Origin: Omnitrophica WOR_2 bacterium GWF2_43_52
Lineage (GTDB): Bacteria; Omnitrophota; Gorgyraeia; Gygaellales; UBA12090
Direction of reading: 5' to 3'
Length of the DNA stretch: 64,000 nt
NCBI GenBank assembly: GCA_001805445.1
Contig: MHGF01000036.1
Coordinates: forward strand, 7,526-71,525
Within the stretch, counting starts at the first letter, position 1; every line of letters starts with the position of its first letter. Shown here in pieces: positions 44,698-55,626 of this stretch. Both the position numbers and the translations under genes were made by a program. The notes under the pieces are model-generated. The model was not told the DNA's origin. It ran no database searches and was given only the letters and a program-made list of their open reading frames with translations.

Positions 44698-46053
44698 ATG
44701 AAAATCATGCAAGTAACGCACAGTTTCCCGCCGTATACCTTTGCCGGAACTGAGGTATATGCATATGCCTTAGCAGTAGAGTTGTCTAAAAGGCATAGGG
44801 TTTCAGTAGTGTTCAGGGTCAATCAGCCTCATGAAAAAGAATATGCGCTATCTGTTAATAATCGCGGAGATTTTGCAACGTACAGTATTAATAGAACATT
44901 TAATACGTGCGATTCTTTCGGCCAGACATATGATGACCACATAGTATCTGCTATAGGAGGGAGGCTTTTAGACGAAGTTAATCCCGATGTGGTGCATATC
45001 CAACATCTTTTATTCCTTTCTATAGGGATTATTAAGGAAGCTTGGAAAAGGAGGATACCTGTAGTTTTTACTCTCAATGATTACTGGTTAATGTGCCATA
45101 AGGGGCAGTTAATCAAAAACGATTTTAAGGTTTGTCAAGGATATACGATAGATGGCTGTAGAGTGTGTTTGGAAGCGCAGTTGAGTATAACAAAATATAG
45201 CATTTTCTTTTATAATCTTCTAAGGAGGCATTTGCCCGTTCAGCTAACACAGTTTGTAAAGAGCCTTTATATACTATTTGCCAGAAAAACATTTTTGAGC
45301 CAGAGGAAATCCTCCACGTTAATTTTAAAGCGTTATGCGTCTATGCAGGCAATAACTTCACGTATCGACTATTTTGTCGCGCCATCTCAGTTCATCAAAA
45401 AGAAATTCATCGCATTCGGGTTCCCTCAGGAAAAGATATTTTTCTTTTCCTATGGAATAAAACACCGAAGCGTAAGCCCTGGGGATAAAACTTATTCCCC
45501 TAATTTAAGAATAGGCTATATCGGGACGTTAATCCCGACGAAGGGGGTTAGTATTCTGATTTCCGCCTTTAGAAAGATTATTAAAAAGAATATCAGGCTC
45601 AGTATCTATGGGAAATTAGCCCCGTATGCTGGCTATGAAGCATATTATAGGCAGATTATTAAAAGTGCGCGCGATGAGAGAATTGCCTTCATGGGCCAAT
45701 TCGACAATAGCAAAATTTTTGATATATTAAGAAGTATCGATATTTTAGTTGTTCCTTCTCTGTGGCTAGAAAATTCCCCTTTGGTTATACATGAAGCCTT
45801 TATATCAAAAACGCCTGTTATCGCATCGCGAATCGGGGGGATCCCTGAGCTCATCTGTGATGGCATGAACGGTTTGCTTTTTAACCCCGGCGATGCCGAT
45901 GATTTAAGTGAGAAAATAAAGCAGGTTATGGAAAATCCTGAAATACTCGCGTGCATGAGAAGAAACATGCCGGCTATTAAAAGTATAGAAGAAAACGCTA
46001 TGGAAATGTTAGAGGTGTATAAGAAAGCATCTATGAATTGTGGCACGGTATGA
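44698..46053 (+). CDS. GT4 glycosyltransferase with Cys-rich insert
   Basis: FPP..AGTE, LNDYWLMC..C....C..C, PSLWLENSPLVI.EA. Confidence 0.88.
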   Translation: MKIMQVTHSFPPYTFAGTEVYAYALAVELSKRHRVSVVFRVNQPHEKEYALSVNNRGDFATYSINRTFNTCDSFGQTYDDHIVSAIGGRLLDEVNPDVVHIQHLLFLSIGIIKEAWKRRIPVVFTLNDYWLMCHKGQLIKNDFKVCQGYTIDGCRVCLEAQLSITKYSIFFYNLLRRHLPVQLTQFVKSLYILFARKTFLSQRKSSTLILKRYASMQAITSRIDYFVAPSQFIKKKFIAFGFPQEKIFFFSYGIKHRSVSPGDKTYSPNLRIGYIGTLIPTKGVSILISAFRKIIKKNIRLSIYGKLAPYAGYEAYYRQIIKSARDERIAFMGQFDNSKIFDILRSIDILVVPSLWLENSPLVIHEAFISKTPVIASRIGGIPELICDGMNGLLFNPGDADDLSEKIKQVMENPEILACMRRNMPAIKSIEENAMEMLEVYKKASMNCGTV

Positions 46054-47995
46054 TAGTAAATCCTGTGTAATGTTCTGGCAGCCTATGATGAGCGTAGCTT
46101 TCTTTTTCTTTTTTTTGACTTCTTCGGCCTTGGCAGATACGCTTGAGAGTACGCGCGTCGTGAAGGAGGTTGTAATAAAGAATGTCGTAAGGCCGCTTGA
46201 AGAAGTCTCTATAGAGATTAAAGTCGATATTTCTTTAAAGCAGCTAGAATTCAAAATTCAAGACGCAGCGGGGAGCGTGTATGATAGGCAAAAAGTTGCG
46301 GTTCACGGGGGCGTAGCGAAAACGACCACTTTTGTCGGCGGCGCTATCGGGGTGCATACGTTATCAATATTCTTAAATCAGGAAAAAATAGGTGTAGCGA
46401 ATTTCATGCTTGATCCGGAGACTTTGATACAGACAAAAGGCGGGAGGATTGATTCTTTTCTGGAAGGGTTAAAGTCGCAAGTAGAAAAGGATAGAACTAT
46501 ACATATGGTTAATAATGAGCCGGTTAACCTGTATGCCGTATGGCTTCGAGATCATATTTATGAGATGAAAGGGTACAAGTATTGGGAGAATGATGTTGCC
46601 TCAGGATTCGGCTTTTTTTTAAAAAGGCAGCATCCCAGGGGTTTCTTTTATGAGATAAAAGTCCCCCCCGAAGATCCTCATGTGGCATGTGTTTCTCCTG
46701 AATGGATTAGCCCTGATAAAAAGAATAACTTTATTTTAGTGAGATTAGAAATAGAGGCGGATATTGAGTATTTGATGGTGGAGGCTTTATATACCATATG
46801 GCAGGCAACCGGCAATAGTGTTTTGTTAGAGCCATATTTATTAAAGGTGGAAAAGGGATTGCTGTATCTCATGAGCGACCCTGACAGATGGTCATCTCGG
46901 CATGGTTTGGTCAAGAGGGCATTTACCATAGATACATGGGATTTTACCTATGCTGCCGATACTTGGGATAGAAACATAACAGAAGATACTCCTATGGCAA
47001 TTATGCATGGGGATAACAGCGGAGTTTACTATGCCTGCAGAAAGTTATCGGAACTTTATAGGCTTTGCGGGAATATTCGTAAGTCAAGATACTGGAGAAG
47101 AAAGGCAGAACAGTTTAAAAGAAATACTAACAGGGTTTGCTGGAACGGAAAATTTTATACGCATCAGATTCATTTGGGCAAGATTCCCGATACAGGGCTC
47201 AAAGAAGAAGTGATCTTGAGTTTTAGCAATGTGTATGATATTAATCGCGGCTTGGCAGATCATCAGAAAGCAGTCAGCATCATTAAGGAGTATATTAAAA
47301 GATACAGAGAGCAAAGGAGTGAATATTTTGCGGAATGGTTTAGCATTAGCCCATCGTATGCTGAATTCCCGGGGAATTCTTTCCCGGGGTATACAGCAGG
47401 TAGTTATATTAATGGTGGCATAGCGTCTTTTGTAGCCGGTGAGCTGGCAAAAGCATCCTTTAACCATGGATTTGAGACGTATGGGCTTGATATTATCAAT
47501 CGCCTTTATAGCCTGTGGCAAAAGGATGGAAGAATATATTTTCTCTATACACGAGAGGGTAATGATCAGGGGGGAGGGCCTGAGGCATGGGGAGCTTCAG
47601 CGATTATTTCCGCTTTGATTGAAGGTCTGGCAGGTTTATATGATAAATCTTGTCTATTTAAAAATGTAGAAATATCTCCTCGTTGGGCAGTAAGTAACGA
47701 TAGGTATGCTTGGGTAATAGCGAGCTACGGCGCTTCAAAGGCATATTGCAGTTATATTTATACAATTTCTCCCCAAGGAAATAGTATTACCTTAAAATGC
47801 ACAAAATCAACCCGCGGGGAATATTCTTTTCATATCCTTTTGCCAAGCGGTAAGTTAGCGAATGCGGTTATGTGTAATTCTAGGAAGATTCCTTTTCGGA
47901 TTATAGATATGGAAGGCTCAAAGTATGCTGATTTTAAACTTAACTCTGAAGCGGTTATCCAGGAAATAGTCATATATTTGAAGGATGAGTTCTAA
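46040..47995 (+). CDS. Putative exported (alpha/alpha)6-barrel glycoside hydrolase-like protein
   Basis: N-terminal hydrophobic segment; WLRD, EADIEY, DTWDF, GDN, YINGG, W..S...ALIEGLAG. Confidence 0.55.
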   Translation: MARYDSKSCVMFWQPMMSVAFFFFFLTSSALADTLESTRVVKEVVIKNVVRPLEEVSIEIKVDISLKQLEFKIQDAAGSVYDRQKVAVHGGVAKTTTFVGGAIGVHTLSIFLNQEKIGVANFMLDPETLIQTKGGRIDSFLEGLKSQVEKDRTIHMVNNEPVNLYAVWLRDHIYEMKGYKYWENDVASGFGFFLKRQHPRGFFYEIKVPPEDPHVACVSPEWISPDKKNNFILVRLEIEADIEYLMVEALYTIWQATGNSVLLEPYLLKVEKGLLYLMSDPDRWSSRHGLVKRAFTIDTWDFTYAADTWDRNITEDTPMAIMHGDNSGVYYACRKLSELYRLCGNIRKSRYWRRKAEQFKRNTNRVCWNGKFYTHQIHLGKIPDTGLKEEVILSFSNVYDINRGLADHQKAVSIIKEYIKRYREQRSEYFAEWFSISPSYAEFPGNSFPGYTAGSYINGGIASFVAGELAKASFNHGFETYGLDIINRLYSLWQKDGRIYFLYTREGNDQGGGPEAWGASAIISALIEGLAGLYDKSCLFKNVEISPRWAVSNDRYAWVIASYGASKAYCSYIYTISPQGNSITLKCTKSTRGEYSFHILLPSGKLANAVMCNSRKIPFRIIDMEGSKYADFKLNSEAVIQEIVIYLKDEF

Positions 47996-47998
47996 CGA

Positions 47999-49303
47999 AT
48001 GAAAGTCCTACTTCTAAAACCATGTTGGCCGTATCCTGTCGGAGATGATTTTATCTATAACCGAATATGGCCTCCTTTATGCTTAGCCAACTGCGCTGCC
48101 TTGTTGCTACGAGAGGGACATACGGTAAGAATATTCGACGCGCATGCAGAGAGGACTCCCGCGGATAAAATTAAAGAACATGTATATGGTTTTGATAAAA
48201 TATTTATAACTTCTTCAGCGTTAGACAGATGGCAGTGCCCAAATCTAAACATAGAGCCTTTTTTACGCGCAGCCCGTCTGATAAGAAAAGAAAACGACGA
48301 ACTCTATGTGATGGGTTATCATGGGACTGTAAATCCTGATGAAATCTTATCGCTGACAGGGGCGAAGGCGATTATTAGGGGGCAGCCAGAAATAGGCGTT
48401 TTAGAGATATGCCAGAATCAAAGTTTATCCCGTATAAAAGGTATCAGTTATAGAAGCAGCGGTAAAATAATATCTACTGCCGAGAGAGCTGTGATAGACT
48501 TGGATACTCTCCCTGTGCCCGCCTTTCACTTGGTTAATTTTAAGTATTATTTTTATGAAATATTAGGGAGCAACTTTGCGTTGTTTGAAGGCTCGCGAGG
48601 TTGTACGCATGGGTGTACATTTTGTTCTAAGGTAATGTTTGGAGTTACCTTTAGGCAGAAATCACCCATGAGGTTAATGGAAGAGATTGATAGAGCAGTC
48701 AGAGAATGTAAGATAAAAACAGGCTATTTTATAGATCTTGATTTTACGCTTAACAAGAAGTGGGTTGAAGAAGTCTGTAGCCTTCTTATAGAAAGAAACT
48801 ATGATTTTGAATGGTGCTGCCAGGCAAGGTTAGATGAAGTTGATGCGCCGCTGCTAAAGAAGATGAAACAGGCAAAGTGCCGGTTAATTCATTATGGCGT
48901 GGAAACAGCCTCTGATAAGATGTTGAGGCTGGCGCATAAAGGCTTAACTACTGAGAGAATAACAGAGGGGATACGATTGACGCAGGAAGCAGGGATTAAA
49001 ACATTGTGCTTCTTTATGATAGGGTTATCATCTGATAGTAGGGAAGAAATGAGGCAGAATATGGCGTTTGCCCATAGATTAAATCCTACGTACCTGCATT
49101 ATCATCTTGCCGTTTCTTATGGCGCATCCTGTATTCAGGAGAATAGCCTTAATCTTCCATGCGATGTGAGCAGGCGAATGATTAAGCACGCCATTATGAA
49201 ATTCTATCTTCGCCCAAGGTATATAATCCAGCGTCTGAAGCAGAAGGAAGATAGAAAAGCCATGCTCAGGCAGTTGAAACTATTATATGCATATATACGA
49301 TGA
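47999..49303 (+). CDS. B12-binding (class B) radical SAM protein
   Basis: WPPL.LA N-domain, SRGCTHGCTFC, YGVET, FFMIG. Confidence 0.85.
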   Translation: MKVLLLKPCWPYPVGDDFIYNRIWPPLCLANCAALLLREGHTVRIFDAHAERTPADKIKEHVYGFDKIFITSSALDRWQCPNLNIEPFLRAARLIRKENDELYVMGYHGTVNPDEILSLTGAKAIIRGQPEIGVLEICQNQSLSRIKGISYRSSGKIISTAERAVIDLDTLPVPAFHLVNFKYYFYEILGSNFALFEGSRGCTHGCTFCSKVMFGVTFRQKSPMRLMEEIDRAVRECKIKTGYFIDLDFTLNKKWVEEVCSLLIERNYDFEWCCQARLDEVDAPLLKKMKQAKCRLIHYGVETASDKMLRLAHKGLTTERITEGIRLTQEAGIKTLCFFMIGLSSDSREEMRQNMAFAHRLNPTYLHYHLAVSYGASCIQENSLNLPCDVSRRMIKHAIMKFYLRPRYIIQRLKQKEDRKAMLRQLKLLYAYIR

Positions 49304-51084
49304 ACATAAAGAGCGGCTTGTTGGAAAAGAAAAGCATGGCATTGAGTATTTTTAGTATTGCAGCCATTATCTTTTGTTCCCCTATTTTTCATAACTTTAG
49401 CTATTTAGGGCAGATGGATTGGGACCAGTTTACCTTTTGGAATGCGGTTCCCAGAAAAACGGTCCTGACGTATCATCAATTTCCTCTTTGGAATCCTTAT
49501 GGTAACGGCGGAAATGTTCTCTTAGCCCATCCCCACTCCTCATTTTTATCTCCCTTTTACCTTTTCGTATTATTTTTTGGCCCGGTAACCGGGATAAAAT
49601 TGGAAATTATAGTTCTTTTAATTATCGGAATGCTTGGGATGTTTTTATTGTCTAACCATATGGGGGGGAAAGGAATATCCTCATATGCGCCATCTTTTGT
49701 TTTTATGTTAAGCTCTATTTATCCGCTGCATTTAACTGAAGGCCATGTGGAGTGGTTAGGGATGGCATTTGTCCCATGGTTATTTTTATCTTATCTAAAG
49801 AGTATAGATAATAAGAACTATGTATATGTGGCACTATTACTTTTTGCGGTAATGGTATTAGGGGGTGGCGTTTATATCTCAGTAATAATGGCTGCATTTC
49901 TTACGCTCTATTCATTTGTTATGATTGTGCGAGAAAAAAGAATCGTGTGGCTTAGAAATATAGCTATTATCTTCGCGGGCGTTTTCCTGCTCTCTTCGAT
50001 TAAATTGTTCCCTATGCTTGAGTTTCTAACTCATTCCCCCAGAACTATTGAATCTACGGAAAATATAAGCCCGTTGTTACTTCCTACTATTTTGTTAGAT
50101 AGAAATCAAGGTGGTTTATATGCTCAGACTAAATGGAGTGCTCCTGATAAGAAGGCTTTTGTCGGGAACAATGTAGTGATAGATTACGGTTGGCATGAAT
50201 ATGGCGCATATATAGGAATTATCCCCCTGCTGTTATTTGCCGGGGGCATATTTTTTAGCTTTAAAAAACAATGGCCATTCCTCTTGATTGGAATTATTTT
50301 TCTGATACTGAGCTTGGGGCGAGGTTTTCCCATTGATCTATGGCGGATACTGCATTTTTTACCAATCTATGATTCCCTCCATGTACCTTCAAGATTAATC
50401 CTTATTTTTATTTTCGTTCTTTCCATCTTTTCCGGTTTATGTTTATCAAAAATTGAAGAAAACATGAAAAAAATGAATACAGGCAGGGCAGGAGTATTTC
50501 TGATAGTTTTGTTCATTTTTTTAGATTTATATTTAGTGAATGGCTTTATTTTAAAGCAGGCATTTGTAATTGCACCAATAAGAGTTGAATATAACGCAGA
50601 ATTTAAGCAAAGGTATGATTCCGTTAATTTTTATCCCGCTATTAGCCGCAGCGCTATGTATCCCATCTTTTTAAGCAATAGCGGGATACTTGACGCGTAT
50701 GAAGTGATAAATGTTAAAAAGGGAAATGTTCTTGCAGTTAAGGATCCTGGGTATAGAGGGGAGGTTTATTTAGCTGACGGCAAAGGTAGCGCAACGATTA
50801 CTTCTTTTTCTCCCAATAGAATAGTTGTAAATGTTAACGCTCATGACGTGGATACTTTAGTTTTGAACCAGAATTATTATAAAGGTTGGAGGCTAAAAGG
50901 TTGTCATGATCCCAGAGTAAGATCTTTTAATGGCCTTATTGCAGCACATGTTGATTCTTCGGATAAGAAAGCAATATTTTTTTATATGCCAAAGAGTTTC
51001 ATCATAGGGTGCCTTGTGACCGGTGCAAGCATAATAACAATATTTTTATTTTTGTTAAAGAGTAAACTGGCAAGCAATGATTAA
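49300..51084 (+). CDS. Polytopic membrane protein, YfhO/GT-C-like
   Basis: DWD..PLWNPY..GG..LAHP, many TMs, C-terminal LVLNQNYY.GW domain. Confidence 0.65.
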   Translation: MNIKSGLLEKKSMALSIFSIAAIIFCSPIFHNFSYLGQMDWDQFTFWNAVPRKTVLTYHQFPLWNPYGNGGNVLLAHPHSSFLSPFYLFVLFFGPVTGIKLEIIVLLIIGMLGMFLLSNHMGGKGISSYAPSFVFMLSSIYPLHLTEGHVEWLGMAFVPWLFLSYLKSIDNKNYVYVALLLFAVMVLGGGVYISVIMAAFLTLYSFVMIVREKRIVWLRNIAIIFAGVFLLSSIKLFPMLEFLTHSPRTIESTENISPLLLPTILLDRNQGGLYAQTKWSAPDKKAFVGNNVVIDYGWHEYGAYIGIIPLLLFAGGIFFSFKKQWPFLLIGIIFLILSLGRGFPIDLWRILHFLPIYDSLHVPSRLILIFIFVLSIFSGLCLSKIEENMKKMNTGRAGVFLIVLFIFLDLYLVNGFILKQAFVIAPIRVEYNAEFKQRYDSVNFYPAISRSAMYPIFLSNSGILDAYEVINVKKGNVLAVKDPGYRGEVYLADGKGSATITSFSPNRIVVNVNAHDVDTLVLNQNYYKGWRLKGCHDPRVRSFNGLIAAHVDSSDKKAIFFYMPKSFIIGCLVTGASIITIFLFLLKSKLASND

Positions 51085-52594
51085 CAAAAAATTCAATAAA
51101 ATATGCCTTATAAGGATGGATTCGCGTATTTTAAAGATAACAGCAGGACATCCTAAACATTTTTCTCCGCCTTTTACGCTAAAATATATACAGGCATTAT
51201 TGGCTAAAAATGAAAATTTCCAGGTTAAGCTGATTGATTGCATAGTTACTTCGGTAGATTTGAAAAATCTTCTTGATCGTTCCCTGGACTGGGGCACAGA
51301 GGTAATGGTTGTTTCTAGCACTACGCATAGCAGGGAACTGGCAATGCAATTCTGTTCGTTGGTTAAGATGAAAAAGGATGTTTTTGTTGTAGCTGTTGGG
51401 CAAGGAGCAACCGCTCATTCTTTTGATTATTGCTTTCCATCGTCTCCTTTTGATGTTGTGTTGCGAGGTGAATCTGAGCAAGAGGTAATTTCTTTGCTTG
51501 AATCTTTGAATAGTGGGGAAAACCAGCAGCAGATCAGAGAAACATACCGTAAGAAGTTGAATGCAAAGGAAGTTACTCTAATTTGGGATTTGGATTCTTT
51601 GCCGTTTCCAGATTATGAGGATAGAGAAATAGAAGCCTACCGCTTTTTTTATCCTATAAGGACATGGAAAAGGCTTCGTTGGGGCCATATTCTTTCGTCC
51701 CGCGGATGCCATCACGGCTGCATATTCTGTTCTCAAATAATCAGGGAAACGTACGGGAATAAAATGAGATTAAGGGACCCTGTGAAGGTAGTTGATGAAA
51801 TTGAATATTTAATGGGCAAGGGCATTAACATTATTGCATTTGATGATGATAATTTTACTGCTTCAGCGCAGCATGTTGTTGCAATATCCTCGGAATTAAT
51901 AAAAAGAAAATTGAAAATTCGGTGGATTGCTCATGCGCGGGCAGATGAACTCAGTATTCCTCTCATGCATCTTATGAAAAAAGCGGGCTGCGTTTTATTG
52001 CGTTTTGGTATTGAATCGGCTTCAGCTCGAATTATCAGGATTCTTAAGAAAAATACCCGGGATACCAATTGGATAGAGACAATTGAAAATATCCTAAGGC
52101 ATTGCAGAAAAACTGGAATCGCAACGCATGCCTTATTTATGGTTGGGAACCCTACTGAGACGTCGGAAGAAATAAAAGCAACGATACAATTAGCTGAAAT
52201 ATTGAAGCCGGATTTAATACAGGTGCATTTTTTTACTCCTTATCCCGGTTCAGTTATATATGAAAATGTCTGTAATCACGTAATCAGAAACCATCAATTG
52301 TCGCAGATGCATCATTATGCTTTCCCAAAGGTAAATTTAGCGTATGTTGATAGTGATGATTTAATGATGTTGCGTGCTCTATTCTATAGAAGGTTTCTAT
52401 TGAGGCCGTCTTTTTTGCTCAAGCATTTTTCCCGATATTTTTTGTATTACCTTGCCAATGGCAGATGTAGATATGCGTTATTAAAGGTTTTTAAAATTTT
52501 ATTTCAACGCAGAGCTGGAAAGCGGTCCCAATTCTGCAGGAAAAGAGACGGTGGTTTTTTGGCGCTCGATGCGCTTAATAACGGGATTATATGA
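51077..52594 (+). CDS. B12-binding (class B) radical SAM protein
   Basis: SRGCHHGCIFC, FDDDNF, FGIES, FMVGNPTET, TPYPGS. Confidence 0.88.
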   Translation: MINKKFNKICLIRMDSRILKITAGHPKHFSPPFTLKYIQALLAKNENFQVKLIDCIVTSVDLKNLLDRSLDWGTEVMVVSSTTHSRELAMQFCSLVKMKKDVFVVAVGQGATAHSFDYCFPSSPFDVVLRGESEQEVISLLESLNSGENQQQIRETYRKKLNAKEVTLIWDLDSLPFPDYEDREIEAYRFFYPIRTWKRLRWGHILSSRGCHHGCIFCSQIIRETYGNKMRLRDPVKVVDEIEYLMGKGINIIAFDDDNFTASAQHVVAISSELIKRKLKIRWIAHARADELSIPLMHLMKKAGCVLLRFGIESASARIIRILKKNTRDTNWIETIENILRHCRKTGIATHALFMVGNPTETSEEIKATIQLAEILKPDLIQVHFFTPYPGSVIYENVCNHVIRNHQLSQMHHYAFPKVNLAYVDSDDLMMLRALFYRRFLLRPSFLLKHFSRYFLYYLANGRCRYALLKVFKILFQRRAGKRSQFCRKRDGGFLALDALNNGII

Positions 52595-54039
52595 AAGTTG
52601 CATTAATTTTTCCGACATATGCCCATAAAATATTTACTGAAAATTTGAGCACTGTTGATGAGGAATTTTGTGTCGCTCCGCCGATAATACTGGCCTATGT
52701 GGCTGCGATTCTTGAAAAGCATGGTCACGCGGTAATGTTACTTGATGCAAAAGCATTGACTCTTTCAAAAGAGGAGGCGTTGAAAAGGTTTGTGGCGTTT
52801 GAGCCGGATATATTAGGTTTTAGGGCCGAAACATACTATTTCCATGAAGCATTAGACTGGATCCGCTATCTTAAGGCTCATCTTGGAGTTCCGGTAATAG
52901 CAGGAGGAATTAATTTGACCTTGTATCCTCTCGAAGTTCTTTCTCACCCGGAGATTGATTATGGAATTATTGGTGAGGCTTTTGAGTCTCTCCCGCGGTT
53001 TCTTTCCGCTTTAGAAAATGGCGATGACTATTCGCGCCTGTCCGGCGTCGCCTATAAGGATGATGAAAATAAAGTAGTGATAAATCCTCCTGAGCATAAG
53101 GTGTACGATTTTGATTTATACCCCTATCCTGCACGGCATCTCCTGCCAAACGATAAATATTATTCTTTTGTGTCGCAGCGGAAAAATTTTACCATAATGC
53201 TCACGAGCACGGGGTGCCCTTATGGATGTTTATTTTGCGCGATTCCTTTTTCTTATAGGGTAAGGACTCCTGAAAATGTTGTTGATGAGATTGAAGTTTG
53301 TTATCAAGATTTCGGAGTGCGGGAAATCGATTTTTTTGATGCGGTATTGTTTATGCCCAGAGAGCGCATACGGGAGATTTTTCGCTTAATTCAAAGACGC
53401 AAATTAGATATAGAGTGGTCAGCCCGCTCAAGGATTGATGTAGTCGATGAGCAACTGCTCAAAGAGGCTGCACGGGCAGGATGCAGGCAAATATACTACG
53501 GCATAGAATCTGCAGATCAGCAAATTCTTGATAGTGTGAAAAAGGGGATACAGCCAAAAGCCGTAATTGAAACGATAAAAATTTCTAAGAAGTTTGGTAT
53601 ACGGACTATGGGTTTTTTTATGGTGGGTAACCCCGGCGAAACCAAGGAAAGCGTGCGTAAAACTATAGAATTCTCAAAAACCTTAGGTTTAGATTTCATC
53701 CAGGTTTCGCGGACAATCCCAAAGCCAGGGACAGAACTTGATAATGCGATGATGAAGGTGAGCATGCGTGATTATTGGAGAATGCATGTGCAAGGTGAAG
53801 AAATAGCGCATAGATTGCCAACCCCATGGGTTAATTTAACTGAACAAGAAAAGGAGTCTTTGGCAAAGGAGTTCTATATAAAATTTTATTTTCGCCCAAG
53901 AATTATAGCGCAAAGGATACTGCAGTTGCGATCATGGGAGGAATTTATAAGGTACATCAGAGTTGCGTTGAAAATCATATTCCAGAAATCAGAATTAAGC
54001 TTGAGGCGTACGGGGAGCGAAATAAAAAACTATGAATAA
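52591..54039 (+). CDS. B12-binding (class B) radical SAM protein
   Basis: PPI.LAY.AA, GEA, GCPYGCLFC, YGIES, FFMVGNPGET, PKPGT. Confidence 0.9.
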   Translation: MKVALIFPTYAHKIFTENLSTVDEEFCVAPPIILAYVAAILEKHGHAVMLLDAKALTLSKEEALKRFVAFEPDILGFRAETYYFHEALDWIRYLKAHLGVPVIAGGINLTLYPLEVLSHPEIDYGIIGEAFESLPRFLSALENGDDYSRLSGVAYKDDENKVVINPPEHKVYDFDLYPYPARHLLPNDKYYSFVSQRKNFTIMLTSTGCPYGCLFCAIPFSYRVRTPENVVDEIEVCYQDFGVREIDFFDAVLFMPRERIREIFRLIQRRKLDIEWSARSRIDVVDEQLLKEAARAGCRQIYYGIESADQQILDSVKKGIQPKAVIETIKISKKFGIRTMGFFMVGNPGETKESVRKTIEFSKTLGLDFIQVSRTIPKPGTELDNAMMKVSMRDYWRMHVQGEEIAHRLPTPWVNLTEQEKESLAKEFYIKFYFRPRIIAQRILQLRSWEEFIRYIRVALKIIFQKSELSLRRTGSEIKNYE

Positions 54040-54174
54040 AAGGAGTTTAAAGAACAGAAGCGCAATAGTGCCTTGTCAAATAATAAAAACCAAAACAGTG
54101 TAGCGGGGTGCGCGAGCTTTTTTTATGACGCTACTATGAGTCAACGCAGGGCGCTTGCGCTTTAAAAGGACAGA

Positions 54175-55626
54175 ATGCATAAACCGAATAAGGTTGTTTT
54201 TATCAGGTTCCCAAAAAACTTACAAAAAAAATCCCATCCGACTGAAACGGTTTGGCCTTTTTCCATAGGCATCGCAGGGACTATACTAAAGAGATTGGGC
54301 TTTTCCATAAAGATAATTGACCTTCAGGTTGAAGAAAATCAGAGATATGACAATGCCATGCAAGCTATTCTGAGCCTTGATATGGATATGCTTTTTGTCC
54401 AATATGAAACGCTTTCACTTTGTTTGGCTTCGTCTTTTTGCGCCCAGTTAAGAAAGGTAAAAGAAAATATTATTGTCATTGGCTTTGGACAGCATGCTTC
54501 TGCTCTTCCTCGTGAACTTATTGAGAGCCATGGGGCAGATATCTGTATCACTACTGACCTTGAGTTTGTTATAGAGGAATTAGTTCATGCTATTCAAAAT
54601 GATAGTCTCGTAAAACTTAAAAATATCGCTTACAAGGATTGCGAGAAGGTTATTATTAAAGAAAGCGCTGTGCCTGATTTTCATCCGGATTCTCTTCCAT
54701 TTGTTGATCCATCCCTTTTTCAGCTTACTCGATACAGGCGAAAAAAGTTTCCCAAGCCATTCTTTTGGGGAAAGGACTGGGGTTTCGTCAGAACAAGCTT
54801 AGGGTGTCCCTACCATTGTATATTCTGTTCGCCTCTTCTAAGGCATTCCATAGAGAAGGCATACAGGGCCCATTCAATAGGGTATATTTATAGGCAAATT
54901 AAATATTACAAAGAAGAGTTTGGGTTAAGGACTTTTTCTATGGAAGACGATATATTCTCCATTGATGAAGACAGGACCCTGCGTCTTTGCGATGCGCTCA
55001 GAAGCCTAAGAATAAGATGGGTTGTTGATGGGGCCAGGGCCGATAGGTTATCCGCGGCGTTATTAAAAATGATGAAGCAGGCCGGATGTTATGGAATAGG
55101 TATTGGTATCGAGTCAGGAAGTCAGAATATTTTGGATAGTTTAGGAAAGCAGCAAAACAGGGAAAAGATAAAAGAATGCGCCCTTACTATAAAAAAAACA
55201 GGCATGCTGTTGGTCGGGTACGTTATGGTGGGAGCTCCCCGTGAGACCGAGCATGAGGTAGAAGAAACCTTTCGCTTGATACGTGAAATAGCTCCCCATG
55301 TCCTCTACGCGCACTATTTTATCCCTTACCCAGGCTCACAGGCATATGAACTATTTAAAGAAAAGCTTTTTCTTGCGCATATGACGCATTATAGATACCC
55401 TCGAGTGAATTTTAGCAATATGGATGCTATAGTATTAAGGAATTGCATGAAAACGCTCTATGCCCGCTATTATTTATCTTTTAGCTACCTAAAAGAATAT
55501 ATAACAGGGAGATTGAAATATGCGCTCTTTGATATACATGAGGTAATGTTACTTAAAGATGCGATTGTATTTATTATGCGTGGAAATCAAAAAGATGAGA
55601 CTATCGAAAAAATTGAAAGCTTGTAA
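54175..55626 (+). CDS. B12-binding (class B) radical SAM protein
   Basis: GQHAS, GCPYHCIFC, EDDIF, GIESG, PYPGS. Confidence 0.88.
   Translation: MHKPNKVVFIRFPKNLQKKSHPTETVWPFSIGIAGTILKRLGFSIKIIDLQVEENQRYDNAMQAILSLDMDMLFVQYETLSLCLASSFCAQLRKVKENIIVIGFGQHASALPRELIESHGADICITTDLEFVIEELVHAIQNDSLVKLKNIAYKDCEKVIIKESAVPDFHPDSLPFVDPSLFQLTRYRRKKFPKPFFWGKDWGFVRTSLGCPYHCIFCSPLLRHSIEKAYRAHSIGYIYRQIKYYKEEFGLRTFSMEDDIFSIDEDRTLRLCDALRSLRIRWVVDGARADRLSAALLKMMKQAGCYGIGIGIESGSQNILDSLGKQQNREKIKECALTIKKTGMLLVGYVMVGAPRETEHEVEETFRLIREIAPHVLYAHYFIPYPGSQAYELFKEKLFLAHMTHYRYPRVNFSNMDAIVLRNCMKTLYARYYLSFSYLKEYITGRLKYALFDIHEVMLLKDAIVFIMRGNQKDETIEKIESL

Noticed and set aside
54095-54125. JUMPstart/ops element
   Set aside because: CAGTGTAGCGGGG resembles it only loosely; no GGCGGTAG core
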